Shown: positions 1 through 7,753, numbered from the stretch's first letter. The stretch: DNA of 64,000 nucleotides from an uncultured bacterium (GCA_963834265.1 CAWIAU010000001.1:135572-199571), one strand, 5' to 3'. The notes: generated by a model not told the origin, from the letters alone. Numbers and translations are program-made.

Positions 1-173
1 TTGTAGCCGTCATTATGGTCATGGTCAGTGGCTTCCGCTATATTACTTCAGGCGGTGATTCCAATGGTGTTTCGGCTGCCAAAGGTACGTTGCTATATGC
101 TGTTGTCGGACTGGTAATAGTCGCTTTTGCTCAGCTTATCGTCAAATTTGTGCTGAACAAGGCAGCGTCTTAG
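1..173 (+). CDS. VirB2/TrbC-like (T4SS pilin-like) small membrane protein, paralog 1, 5' end outside window
   Basis: Frame open from the window edge to TAG 171-173. Translates ..VAVIMVMVSGFRYITSGGDSNGVSAAKGTLLYAVVGLVIVAFAQLIVKFVLNKAAS, the same two-TM C-terminal module as the next three ORFs. Confidence 0.7.
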   Translation, partial: VAVIMVMVSGFRYITSGGDSNGVSAAKGTLLYAVVGLVIVAFAQLIVKFVLNKAAS

Positions 174-248
174 AAAATAGGTCCCGGAAGTTGATTTAGG
201 CACTAGCACTATGGTATAAAACCTTAAGAGATAATCATAAAGGAAAGT

Positions 249-689
249 ATGTTACAAAAAGCAAAAAGACTTGTACTACAGGCCGGTATCCTCGGCTTCA
301 TACTAGCTCCGCTGGCTATAACGGGAGTTATTGAAGCTCAGGCACCACCCCCGCCACCCCCCCCTAACAATCTTCAAACCAATGTATGTCAGGGATCAAA
401 GCTAGGATTTACCGATGCGCCCACCGAAACATGTGCCGCAGCAACCGCCGAAGGTGAAACCAGAATCAACACTCTCATAATTAAGTTAGTTAATGTTTTC
501 TCTATCATCGTCGGCATCGTAGCTGTGGTTATGATAATTTACGGCGGCTTCCGTTATATCACCTCCGGTGGCGACTCCGGTAATGTTACCAGCGCCAAAA
601 ACACTGTACTCTTTGCTATCGTAGGTTTGATAATCGTGGCTATGGCCCAGTTCATCGTCAAATTCGTGCTGAATAAGTCAACAACGTAG
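249..689 (+). CDS. VirB2/TrbC-like (T4SS pilin-like) small membrane protein, paralog 2
   Basis: 146-aa ORF with an AAGGA RBS upstream. Signal-peptide-like N-terminus, poly-Pro linker and Cys pair, then TM1 (VFSIIVGIVAVVMIIYGGF), loop RYITSGGDSGNVTSAKN and TM2. This hairpin topology is typical of VirB2/TrbC pilins. Confidence 0.75.
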   Translation: MLQKAKRLVLQAGILGFILAPLAITGVIEAQAPPPPPPPNNLQTNVCQGSKLGFTDAPTETCAAATAEGETRINTLIIKLVNVFSIIVGIVAVVMIIYGGFRYITSGGDSGNVTSAKNTVLFAIVGLIIVAMAQFIVKFVLNKSTT

Positions 690-722
690 TAGAATAATAA
701 GAAATAAAACAGGAGATACAAT

Positions 723-1142
723 ATGTTAGGAAAATTCAAAAAACGGATACTACAGATAAGCGTTTTAAGCTTGCTGATAGCACCGGGATTTGCCGTAGCC
801 ACCGTTTCAGCCCAGGCAAATATTCAGGGTGCCAGCTGTCAGGGTTCAGACTTACAGTTCGGGGCGCCGGTTGACTGTGTAGCGGCCACAGCCGAAGGTG
901 AAACTAAGATTAACACTCTTATCACCCAGATAATCAACGTCTTCTCCATCATCGTCGGCATCGTAGCCGTCATCATGATGATTTACGGCGGCTTTCGCTA
1001 TATTACCTCCGGCGGTGACTCAGGCAATGTTACCAGCGCCAAAAACACAATCCTCTATGCGATTATTGGTTTGATTATCGTCGCCCTTGCCCAGTTCATA
1101 GTCAAATTCGTACTCAATAAAGCCACGACAGCCGGCCCATAG
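723..1142 (+). CDS. VirB2/TrbC-like (T4SS pilin-like) small membrane protein, paralog 3
   Basis: 139-aa ORF with GGAGA RBS. Same architecture and a near-identical C-terminal module (NVFSIIVGIVAVIMMIYGGFRYITSGGDSGNVTSAKNTILYAIIGLIIVALAQFIVKFVLNK). Confidence 0.75.
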   Translation: MLGKFKKRILQISVLSLLIAPGFAVATVSAQANIQGASCQGSDLQFGAPVDCVAATAEGETKINTLITQIINVFSIIVGIVAVIMMIYGGFRYITSGGDSGNVTSAKNTILYAIIGLIIVALAQFIVKFVLNKATTAGP

Positions 1143-1158
1143 GCTATAGTAAGAAACC

Positions 1159-1614
1159 ATGATGAAAGCCCTTCGGAGAATAATATTGCAACTGGCCTTG
1201 TTCGTTGCATTTATGATAGCCGGACCTGCTATTAGTGCCTTTGCCCAGGCTCCGGCGCCGCCTCCTGTGCCACCTGCTACTTCAGAAGAAACTAAAGCCA
1301 ATCTGTGCTCAGGGGCTAATCTGGAATTTTCGGGCGGTGTTGGCGATACGGCCCGTCAATGTAACAGGGATGGTAACCCTCAGGGTAAAATTAACGATCT
1401 TGTTACGCAAATAGTGAATGTTTTCTCTATCCTGGTCGGCATCGTAGCCGTCATCATGATAATTTACGGTGGCTTCCGTTATATCACCTCCGGAGGTGAC
1501 TCAGGCAATGTTACAACGGCCAAGAATACCATTCTATACGCAATCGTAGGTTTGGTAATTGTTGCTTTTGCTCAGATCATAGTCAAATTTGTTCTGAATA
1601 AATCCACAACCTGA
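1159..1614 (+). CDS. VirB2/TrbC-like (T4SS pilin-like) small membrane protein, paralog 4
   Basis: 151-aa ORF with the same architecture and a divergent Pro-rich/Cys-pair N-terminal part. Followed by an intrinsic terminator. Confidence 0.75.
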   Translation: MMKALRRIILQLALFVAFMIAGPAISAFAQAPAPPPVPPATSEETKANLCSGANLEFSGGVGDTARQCNRDGNPQGKINDLVTQIVNVFSILVGIVAVIMIIYGGFRYITSGGDSGNVTTAKNTILYAIVGLVIVAFAQIIVKFVLNKSTT

Positions 1615-1647
1615 TCCCTGTCCCGCCTGATAGTTCAGGGATTTTTT
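1614..1647 (+). terminator. Intrinsic terminator of the pilin array
   Basis: Stem atccctg (1614-1620) / cagggat (1636-1642) followed by a T6 run. Confidence 0.6.
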
Positions 1648-1675
1648 AAAAAGCACCCGCTATTAGGTGCTTTTT
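1648..1675. terminator. Bidirectional hairpin terminator (serves the convergent hsp20 gene)
   Basis: gcacc (1653-1657) / ggtgc (1666-1670), flanked by an A-run 5' and a T-run 3'. Lies between convergent genes. Confidence 0.5.
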
Positions 1676-1696
1676 AAAGCTCTGTTACTGTTGTGC

Positions 1697-2161
1697 TTAC
1701 AGAATCTGGATCTTCTTGACAGTATCCTGCTTGACTTTAGTAAAACCGATAGTCAGTACGCCGTCTTTTAGAACGGCTTCGATCTCATCTTCTTTGACTG
1801 GTACGGGGAGCGTGATGCTACGGCTGAATTCACCCCAGTAACACTCCTGTACGAAGTAATTCTCGACATCTTCTTCGTTACCGGCGCTTAGTGTGCCACG
1901 AATACTCAGTGTGTTGTCAGAAATACTTACATCGAGATCATGCTTATTGACGCCTGCGGTGCGAGCCTTGACCATCAGGCGCTCTCTGGTCTCATAAACA
2001 TCAACAGCCAGTTGTCCGGGTACGGCATCTTCTTCGTCCCATTCTTCCCGCGTTTCGCTTGCCTGTGCGGTCGCAACAGGCGCTATATCATCATCGCCCA
2101 GGAAAGCAGCAGTCAGCTCATCCTCCATCAGTAAATCTTCGTCGCGACTTTTCCGCGCCAT
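1697..2161 (-). CDS. Hsp20/alpha-crystallin family small heat-shock protein
   Basis: 154 aa. Alpha-crystallin domain recognisable (AVDVYETRERLMVKARTAGVNKHDLDVSISDNTLSIRG...GEFSRSITLP...GVLTIGFTK). GGAGGG RBS. Confidence 0.85.
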   Translation of the reverse strand: MARKSRDEDLLMEDELTAAFLGDDDIAPVATAQASETREEWDEEDAVPGQLAVDVYETRERLMVKARTAGVNKHDLDVSISDNTLSIRGTLSAGNEEDVENYFVQECYWGEFSRSITLPVPVKEDEIEAVLKDGVLTIGFTKVKQDTVKKIQIL

Positions 2162-2408
2162 GTGGGTACCCTCCAGGTTTTCGTGTAATTACTAAAGTTA
2201 GCTAAATCGTTTTATAAGGAGTTGTTTTTGTGTTAATAGAAGTATAGCTTACTTATCCTAAGGCGCAACAGTCTATCGCACATATTTACAACACAATTAT
2301 TACCACAGATGGGATATAGGTGCTACATCAGCATTCAAAAAAGATAACTTTTTGTATTCGACAGAGCATTTCTTTCAACTTCAGCGATTTATCTTTAAGA
2401 TTAGTGAG

Positions 2409-2515
2409 ATGAATCCCGTTAGAGTCCAGCAAATACAAAACCGTTCCGGACATCGCGCTGGTTATTGTTGCCCTAATATTGCTATCAGTCTCCGTCTTTT
2501 GAGGACTCTAACAGG
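2409..2515 (+). promoter_or_regulatory. comF leader bracketed by 13-bp inverted arms (CCCGTTAGAGTCC / GGACTCTAACAGG) abutting the start codon
   Basis: Arms at 2415-2427 and 2503-2515 pair at 12/13 positions. The hexamer ATGAAT is duplicated at both outer boundaries. The same arms occur at 9361-9372 / 9442-9453. Confidence 0.5.
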
Positions 2516-3187
2516 ATGAATATTGTAGATAGGTGCCTGGAAACTGTAGCGCCACATACCTGTTTTGTATGTGGCCTGGAGGGTGCGTTGCTTTGCAATT
2601 CCTGCTCTATGGAAGCCTTCCTACCTGTTCCTTCCCGTTGCTATCGTTGTCATGTAGCGACCACACAGAGCCGTGTTTGTGCGAATTGCTATCGGGTGGT
2701 GTCTTTGAGTTCCGTATGGGTAGCTACCCGTTATGCGGAGCATGCCAAAGAGCTGATCAGAAGGTTCAAATTTGAACGCGCCAAACAGGCTGCCGATATT
2801 GTGGCCCGCACCATAGATCAGAGATTACCAATACTTCCGGACAGTGTAGTGGTGTCTCATATTCCAACCGCAAATTCCCGTGTCCGTGTCCGGGGCTATG
2901 ATCAGGCGGAGCTCATTGCCCGCCGACTTTGCCGTATCAGGGGGTGGCAGTTTACTTCTCTGTTACTTCGTCGTGGGACGGGACGTCAGCTGGGAGCCAA
3001 GAGGAGTCAACGCTTCATGCAGTTGGAGAGTGCTTTCACGGTTCGTAATCAGAATCTGGTAACCGGAGCCTACGTTTTACTTATTGATGACGTGTTAACC
3101 ACCGGTGCAACCGTGGAAGCTGCTGCCCGATTGCTTAAAGATGCGGGGGCCAAAACTATCGAAGCTGCGGTTTTTGCTCAGCCGTAG
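2516..3187 (+). CDS. comF: ComF family protein (phosphoribosyltransferase-domain competence protein)
   Basis: 223 aa. N-terminal Cys-rich zinc-ribbon-like segment (CFVCG..CNSC..CYRC..CANC) and a C-terminal PRTase motif VLLIDDVLTTGATV. Confidence 0.8.
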   Translation: MNIVDRCLETVAPHTCFVCGLEGALLCNSCSMEAFLPVPSRCYRCHVATTQSRVCANCYRVVSLSSVWVATRYAEHAKELIRRFKFERAKQAADIVARTIDQRLPILPDSVVVSHIPTANSRVRVRGYDQAELIARRLCRIRGWQFTSLLLRRGTGRQLGAKRSQRFMQLESAFTVRNQNLVTGAYVLLIDDVLTTGATVEAAARLLKDAGAKTIEAAVFAQP

Positions 3188-3199
3188 AGTTGACAGACG

Positions 3200-3365
3200 T
3201 GGTGCACCCGGCAAGATTCGACCTTTGTCCGGCAAAACAAAAACTAGTTTTGCTAGAACAAAACCTTTCAGGGTGGCAGGCGGTCAATGTCCACCGGACA
3301 TTGTCGTTCGAATCTTGGACAACCAGACCAAATAAAATACCGATCACTGGGATCGGCGTATTATT
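3200..3365 (-). repeat. tRNA-linked structured module, copy A (3' of tRNA-Arg), ending in a 22-nt duplicate of the tRNA-Arg 3' end
   Basis: 3200-3221 is identical to 3366-3387 (TCGAATCTTGCCGGGTGCACCA on the minus strand). A 48-nt block is near-identical to 4482-4528 in the opposite orientation. A compensatory hairpin is present. Confidence 0.8.
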
Positions 3366-3442
3366 TGGTGCACCCGGCAAGATTCGAACCTGCGACCTTT
3401 GGCTCCGCAAGCCAACGCTCTATCCAGCTGAGCTACGGGTGC
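3366..3442 (-). tRNA. tRNA-Arg (anticodon GCG)
   Basis: 77-nt cloverleaf read by hand: GCACCCG-TA-GCTC-AGCTGGATA-GAGC-G-TTGGC-TTGCGGA-GCCAA-AGGTC-GCAGG-TTCGAAT-CTTGC-CGGGTGC-A-CCA. CCA is encoded. Confidence 0.85.
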
Positions 3443-3598
3443 TTGGTAATGGAGACAAACCTACGGTTTTTCTCATCGCTCTTCGGCAAAGCCGACCCGC
3501 GGGACGGGCAAGCTTGCTGCTCTTTTCCCTAAAAAACAAAAGGAAAACAGGGGTAATTGTATCAGTTTTGCCCCGGAATAGCCATCTAACCTGCTCCG

Positions 3599-4168
3599 TT
3601 AAAAGCGAATACGTTTCATCAGACGATCGACAGGATGCTCAATACGTTGCTCGTTCGGCAGATGTTCTGACAAAAATTCAATAATGTTTTGTTCCTGGTC
3701 GGGCGGGCAATAGATAGACAGATCGGGCATGAACCTTTGTAACGGCCATAGATTAACACTTGTCAGGACACCTTCATGGTGAATCGAGAAAGATATAAAC
3801 TGTGAATAAGAGTACAATTTACCACCCATGACAATTCCTTTTGAGTTTACAGTATATTGGAATTCACGGGGTTTTTTGCCCGCGAGGAATCCGAATAAAG
3901 CGGCTACTACCGCGATAGACCCAACCGATATCAGGTCGCCGTCGCTGAGCCAATATGTCAGACCGCAGACAGCCAGAGTAGCTGCAGCAAGCACAAGGTA
4001 CCATACGATGTCTTTTTGGTGCGAAACATATTCCGAAGCCGTCCAGCTGATTGGTTCCAATGTTGATGGTGGTGGTTCGCTCTCCTGATCCGGCACTGAC
4101 GGATCACTTTCTTTTCGAAATGACCACCCTGACTTTTCTTGTTGCTCTTTGTCCATATCCGGTAGCAA
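3599..4168 (-). CDS. Hypothetical membrane protein (two central TM helices)
   Basis: 189-aa ORF with an acidic/Pro-rich N-terminus, then WYLVLAAATLAVCGLTYWL and SIAVVAALFGFLAG hydrophobic segments. No family recognised. Confidence 0.55.
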   Translation of the reverse strand: MLPDMDKEQQEKSGWSFRKESDPSVPDQESEPPPSTLEPISWTASEYVSHQKDIVWYLVLAAATLAVCGLTYWLSDGDLISVGSIAVVAALFGFLAGKKPREFQYTVNSKGIVMGGKLYSYSQFISFSIHHEGVLTSVNLWPLQRFMPDLSIYCPPDQEQNIIEFLSEHLPNEQRIEHPVDRLMKRIRF

Positions 4169-4247
4169 TTATATAGGACTTTCGTGCTTTTGCATCACTG
4201 ATCCGGCGCCACGAAATACAGGTTTTGTTTTATGGGGGCTATACCTC

Positions 4248-4256
4248 TGTTATAAT
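4248..4256 (+). promoter_or_regulatory. Extended -10 promoter element (TGtTATAAT) for tRNA-Ser(GCU)
   Basis: TGTTATAAT lies about 30 nt upstream of the tRNA 5' end. Confidence 0.45.
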
Positions 4257-4285
4257 CTAATCTCGTCCACCCCGCATACAGATAC

Positions 4286-4378
4286 GGAGAGGTACCCAAG
4301 TGGCTGAAGGGGTCGGTTTGCTAAATCGATAGGGGGGCGAAAGTCCCCGCGAGGGTTCGAATCCCTCTCTCTCCGCCA
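4286..4378 (+). tRNA. tRNA-Ser (anticodon GCU)
   Basis: 93-nt type II cloverleaf: GGAGAGG acceptor, anticodon stem TCGGT/ATCGA with loop TTGCTAA, long variable arm, T-arm GAGGG-TTCGAAT-CCCTC. CCA is encoded. Confidence 0.85.
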
Positions 4379-4582
4379 AATATAACGCCCCGCTTTATGT
4401 GGGGTTTTATATTTGGCTTGATCGAAATGAATTCGAACGACAACTGCCAGAGGCAGTTGGCCGCCCACCGCCCCGAAGGGCTTTGTTCTAGCAAAACTAA
4501 TTTTGTTTTGCCGGACAAAGGTCGAATCCCTCATTGTTACAAGTTATACTTTTGCGGGGCTAAGGCGAATCCCTCTCTCCTC
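4379..4582 (+). repeat. tRNA-linked structured module, copy B (3' of tRNA-Ser-GCU), with partial duplicates of the tRNA-Ser 3' end
   Basis: Same module order as copy A. TCGAATCCCTC at 4522-4532 and CGAATCCCTCTCTC at 4566-4579 match the tRNA-Ser T-loop/acceptor 3' strand. Confidence 0.75.
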
Positions 4583-4759
4583 TTTTTAAAAAACCATTTT
4601 TCCACAACATAAATTAATTCTCACCCCTGTATTCAATACAAAAAGTTGCTAATTGTGATCTTTCTCACAGAGCAATCTGCCAAAGCTGTCTAAAGTAGTG
4701 TATACAACACGGGGGTGTTAGGCCGGAAAAGCAATAATAACCGGCGAAAGGATTAAATT

Positions 4760-4900
4760 ATGAACAATATATTACTTCATCGCAAAATCAACAATTTCAT
4801 GAAAATGAAAGAAAATGAGATGCCGGAACTTAAGCGTAGCAACATTGACAAAATGATCGAGGATCTGGTCAGCGAAGGTCGCAATTCCGCATCGTACTAG
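4760..4900 (+). CDS. Possible small ORF (46 aa), hypothetical
   Basis: ATG preceded by AAAGGA. Translates MNNILLHRKINNFMKMKENEMPELKRSNIDKMIEDLVSEGRNSASY. Below the ORF-track size cutoff and has no homology support. Confidence 0.25.
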   Translation: MNNILLHRKINNFMKMKENEMPELKRSNIDKMIEDLVSEGRNSASY

Positions 4901-4935
4901 ACAGCTTCCTTTAGTCTCACAGAAAGGAAACCCAT

Positions 4936-5325
4936 ATGAAAAATTTTGATTCTGACAATACCGGCTCTCTGGAAAAAATTCTGTCGCAAACTGTACTTGC
5001 CCAAGAGGTTATAAGGCTATTCACCGGTATACTGCTCGTCTTGTTATCTATCAGGGGTTTGCTTGCTTTTTATGGGGCCAAACAAGAGACATGGCTGGAA
5101 CAAGTGATAGATTTTGTGACTGCACCTGTAGTTCTGCCATTCCGGAGCTTATTCACAGATTCCCGGGCAGGTGAAGTACCTGTATTCTTTTCGATGCTGT
5201 GCGTGCTTTCTCTGGGAGTCCTGCTATACACAATCGTTGATCTGGTCAGCAAGTATTCCTTACTGCAGAAGCTGCAAGTCAGAAAGTCTATGTTATCCAC
5301 GCAAAAAACCCAGAACCAATCCTGA
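4936..5325 (+). CDS. Membrane protein, possibly YggT-like
   Basis: 129 aa with two or three hydrophobic helices. The ..FVTAPVVLPFRSLF.. segment resembles the YggT motif; this is a weak call. Confidence 0.4.
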   Translation: MKNFDSDNTGSLEKILSQTVLAQEVIRLFTGILLVLLSIRGLLAFYGAKQETWLEQVIDFVTAPVVLPFRSLFTDSRAGEVPVFFSMLCVLSLGVLLYTIVDLVSKYSLLQKLQVRKSMLSTQKTQNQS

Positions 5326-5361
5326 AATTTATCCGGCTAATTCGATGAGATTGCTCTCGTA

Positions 5362-6660
5362 TCAGGCCTGTCCCCGCATCTCCTGCAAATGTTTAAAAAT
5401 AGTAATCAGAGCGATATGATTGCCGAATCTTATACCGGCAATTCTGAGTCTGTACTTTTCAGGCAGATCAGCGGGAAGTCTTTCATCGGGCTTGATGATT
5501 CTCAGCAGCGGATCTTTTGCAAGAACCCTTGTTCGGGTGCTTTCGCCCAATTCTAAATAAAGTTCCCAAAGTTGTTCTGTCGCAATATAACTACGTAGCT
5601 TTCTTTTGAAATCATCACACTTATCCGGATCGGTAGCTATTGCTAATGCCTCCGGCAGGTATTTTGCCAGCCCATCACGCTCCATCGCAAGAACAGCAGA
5701 TTTTGACTCAGCACTCAGCATATGAGCAAGTAAGACGGTATCACAACCGGCAACCATATCGACAGCACTGTTATAGTCCTCAATTGTTCTGGCTTGCCCT
5801 TTTAATGTCCGGGCTAGTGAGCCGCTCAGAGCCAGGGGCGCAACATAGTCGTCTCTCAGATTTTTGATCACAAATCCCGCTAACCCTCCAACGGCAGGCA
5901 GCTGCTCAGCCAGTTCCATGGCTTCATCGGCGTGATCGCCGAGACTTACGTAATCCATTGCCCGGTAAGCTTTATCCAGTGTTTCGTAGTAAACGGGCGA
6001 TACAATAGTATCTTCTCTGTCGAGGGCCAGGCCGCTATACTCTGCTACCGAAAAAAGCCGGGCGTAGCCACCCACCATTGATGCCCGGGCTAATAGTGAA
6101 TTGCGATTATTCGGGTACAGTTTATTTAGCTCCACATTAAGTGTGCCTACGAATCTTTTTATAGGATCATAGGCATCTCTTAATTCGGTCCATCTGCCAG
6201 TTCGTGTTTGATGACTGCCCGCAATCGCATAACCCATAGCTGCAGCATCCGGAGTTATACCCGGATCCATGTCTCTCAGTGCGGGTTCTAGTCGCGGACA
6301 GCTTGCAAGCGCAAGGGTAACGATTTTTCCGCTGAATATTGCCGCCCGTTTCTCGTCATCGCCTAAATTATCATCTACAGTCGTCAGATATTCGAGTTCA
6401 CGCTCCATAACAGCTAAACCTCTGCTATCTATAGCCATTTGTGCGAATTTTATGACCGCGGAGGAAGGACCCTGAAGCACATGCAAGGCTGGTGCTACAG
6501 CGTGAGCCAAATCGTGAACCCCTGTCTGTTCATTTTGCATTGAAAGCCAGGTGCTTTCTATCGTAGGTACAAAACTACCAAAATCAAATGCAGGATTGTC
6601 ATTACCGTGATCGGCCATAATAAGATTATAATAGATATTATGCCATTTGTCTATTTCCAT
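5362..6660 (-). CDS. Hypothetical protein (432 aa)
   Basis: Long uninterrupted ORF with normal composition. No family recognised. Confidence 0.6.
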   Translation of the reverse strand: MEIDKWHNIYYNLIMADHGNDNPAFDFGSFVPTIESTWLSMQNEQTGVHDLAHAVAPALHVLQGPSSAVIKFAQMAIDSRGLAVMERELEYLTTVDDNLGDDEKRAAIFSGKIVTLALASCPRLEPALRDMDPGITPDAAAMGYAIAGSHQTRTGRWTELRDAYDPIKRFVGTLNVELNKLYPNNRNSLLARASMVGGYARLFSVAEYSGLALDREDTIVSPVYYETLDKAYRAMDYVSLGDHADEAMELAEQLPAVGGLAGFVIKNLRDDYVAPLALSGSLARTLKGQARTIEDYNSAVDMVAGCDTVLLAHMLSAESKSAVLAMERDGLAKYLPEALAIATDPDKCDDFKRKLRSYIATEQLWELYLELGESTRTRVLAKDPLLRIIKPDERLPADLPEKYRLRIAGIRFGNHIALITIFKHLQEMRGQA

Positions 6661-6716
6661 CTACTATAGTAATTATTCATATTCCCTGCTGATTTGCGTT
6701 ACAATATCTAGCTGTT

Positions 6717-6806
<90 letters not shown>

Positions 6807-6816
6807 TAATTTATTT

Positions 6817-7377
6817 TTACTTAAACAATTCTTTCTTTTTTTGGCCTCCCACGCGGTGGTCGGTGTTGCGGGTTAGACAATAGGCAATTGCCGGAGCCAG
6901 GATATACAACAAGACGACGACTGACACCAGCTCGGGCGCCAAACCCAGTCCAAAGTGTCCACCAGGAGGATCACCATGCAATTGGTTCTGTTCGTCGCAC
7001 CACCAGCTTGGTGGGTATCGCCACTGGCTAAAATGGTACATTACGGCATAGATTGGTAGCGTGACAGCCAGACTTGCTGCCGACACAAACAACTGTCGTT
7101 TGGCGAGTGCATGCCGTGGGCGATAGCGCTTTGAACCAGCCCTCACAAAAGATATCAGCAGGAAAAGCCCTATGACGATCCATAGCAGGACGCCAAATAT
7201 TTTGGGGCCGTTTCCCATGTTTAGACCTTGAACAAAGCTATCCCCCTCTGCATAGGCAAAGCAGTGCGCAGTGTCATCCCACCACTTGACCAAAAAAAAC
7301 GGCACCAGTACCATCAGCGGCAGCGCTGCAAAGCGTAGCCAGAGCCACGTTTTCTCCGATAGTTTAAGATTTTTCAT
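6817..7377 (-). CDS. Hypothetical integral membrane protein, co-transcribed with padR
   Basis: 186 aa with multiple TM segments. Overlaps the padR stop by 14 nt on the same strand. Confidence 0.6.
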   Translation of the reverse strand: MKNLKLSEKTWLWLRFAALPLMVLVPFFLVKWWDDTAHCFAYAEGDSFVQGLNMGNGPKIFGVLLWIVIGLFLLISFVRAGSKRYRPRHALAKRQLFVSAASLAVTLPIYAVMYHFSQWRYPPSWWCDEQNQLHGDPPGGHFGLGLAPELVSVVVLLYILAPAIAYCLTRNTDHRVGGQKKKELFK

Positions 7378-7753
7378 TAAATTCTCCTTCTATAAGTTTT
7401 TTGATCTGGGGTTTATAAAAAACGGATGTTACATTACGTGTTATAAACTGGCCTAACACGTTGTTGCCGATTGAAGTTAGTGAGTAGAGTTTACGATCCG
7501 GTCCGGCTTTATTCTGCTCTGTATTAAAATCAACCAGCTCTGCTTCGTAGTAGCGGCGTAACGCCCGATACATGCTTTGATCGTCAGCGGTCAAGGTACC
7601 GTTTGTCGACGTATCTATGAAGACCTTAATCTCAGCCATGTGTTTTGCGCCGTCCTTTAGGGCCAGCATGATCCACAGCGTTAGCTGCCCTTTTTTGAAG
7701 GCCTCTTCCCAGCCTTCCAACAACTTCCGTTCGTATGAATCATCAGCTACCAT
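7364..7753 (-). CDS. PadR family transcriptional regulator
   Basis: 129 aa. The winged-helix PadR pattern is recognisable (LTLWIMLALKDGAKHMAEI...SMYRALRRYYEAELV...RKLYSLTSIG). Confidence 0.8.
   Translation of the reverse strand: MVADDSYERKLLEGWEEAFKKGQLTLWIMLALKDGAKHMAEIKVFIDTSTNGTLTADDQSMYRALRRYYEAELVDFNTEQNKAGPDRKLYSLTSIGNNVLGQFITRNVTSVFYKPQIKKLIEGEFNEKS

Noticed and set aside
3190-3684. 164-aa plus-strand ORF (and overlapping 76-84-aa ORFs) spanning the tRNA-Arg region
   Set aside because: It reads straight through a tRNA gene and the tRNA-linked repeat, so its open frame is best explained by chance. The same applies to ORFs 4250-4534, 4321-4518 and 4397-4612 over tRNA-Ser and copy B.
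4419-4431. 13-mer CGAAATGAATTCG shared between the tRNA-Ser-linked module (4419), the groEL downstream region (about 20537), and partly 35545 on the complement
   Set aside because: A single 13-nt match is expected by chance many times in 64 kb on both strands, and there is no flanking similarity.
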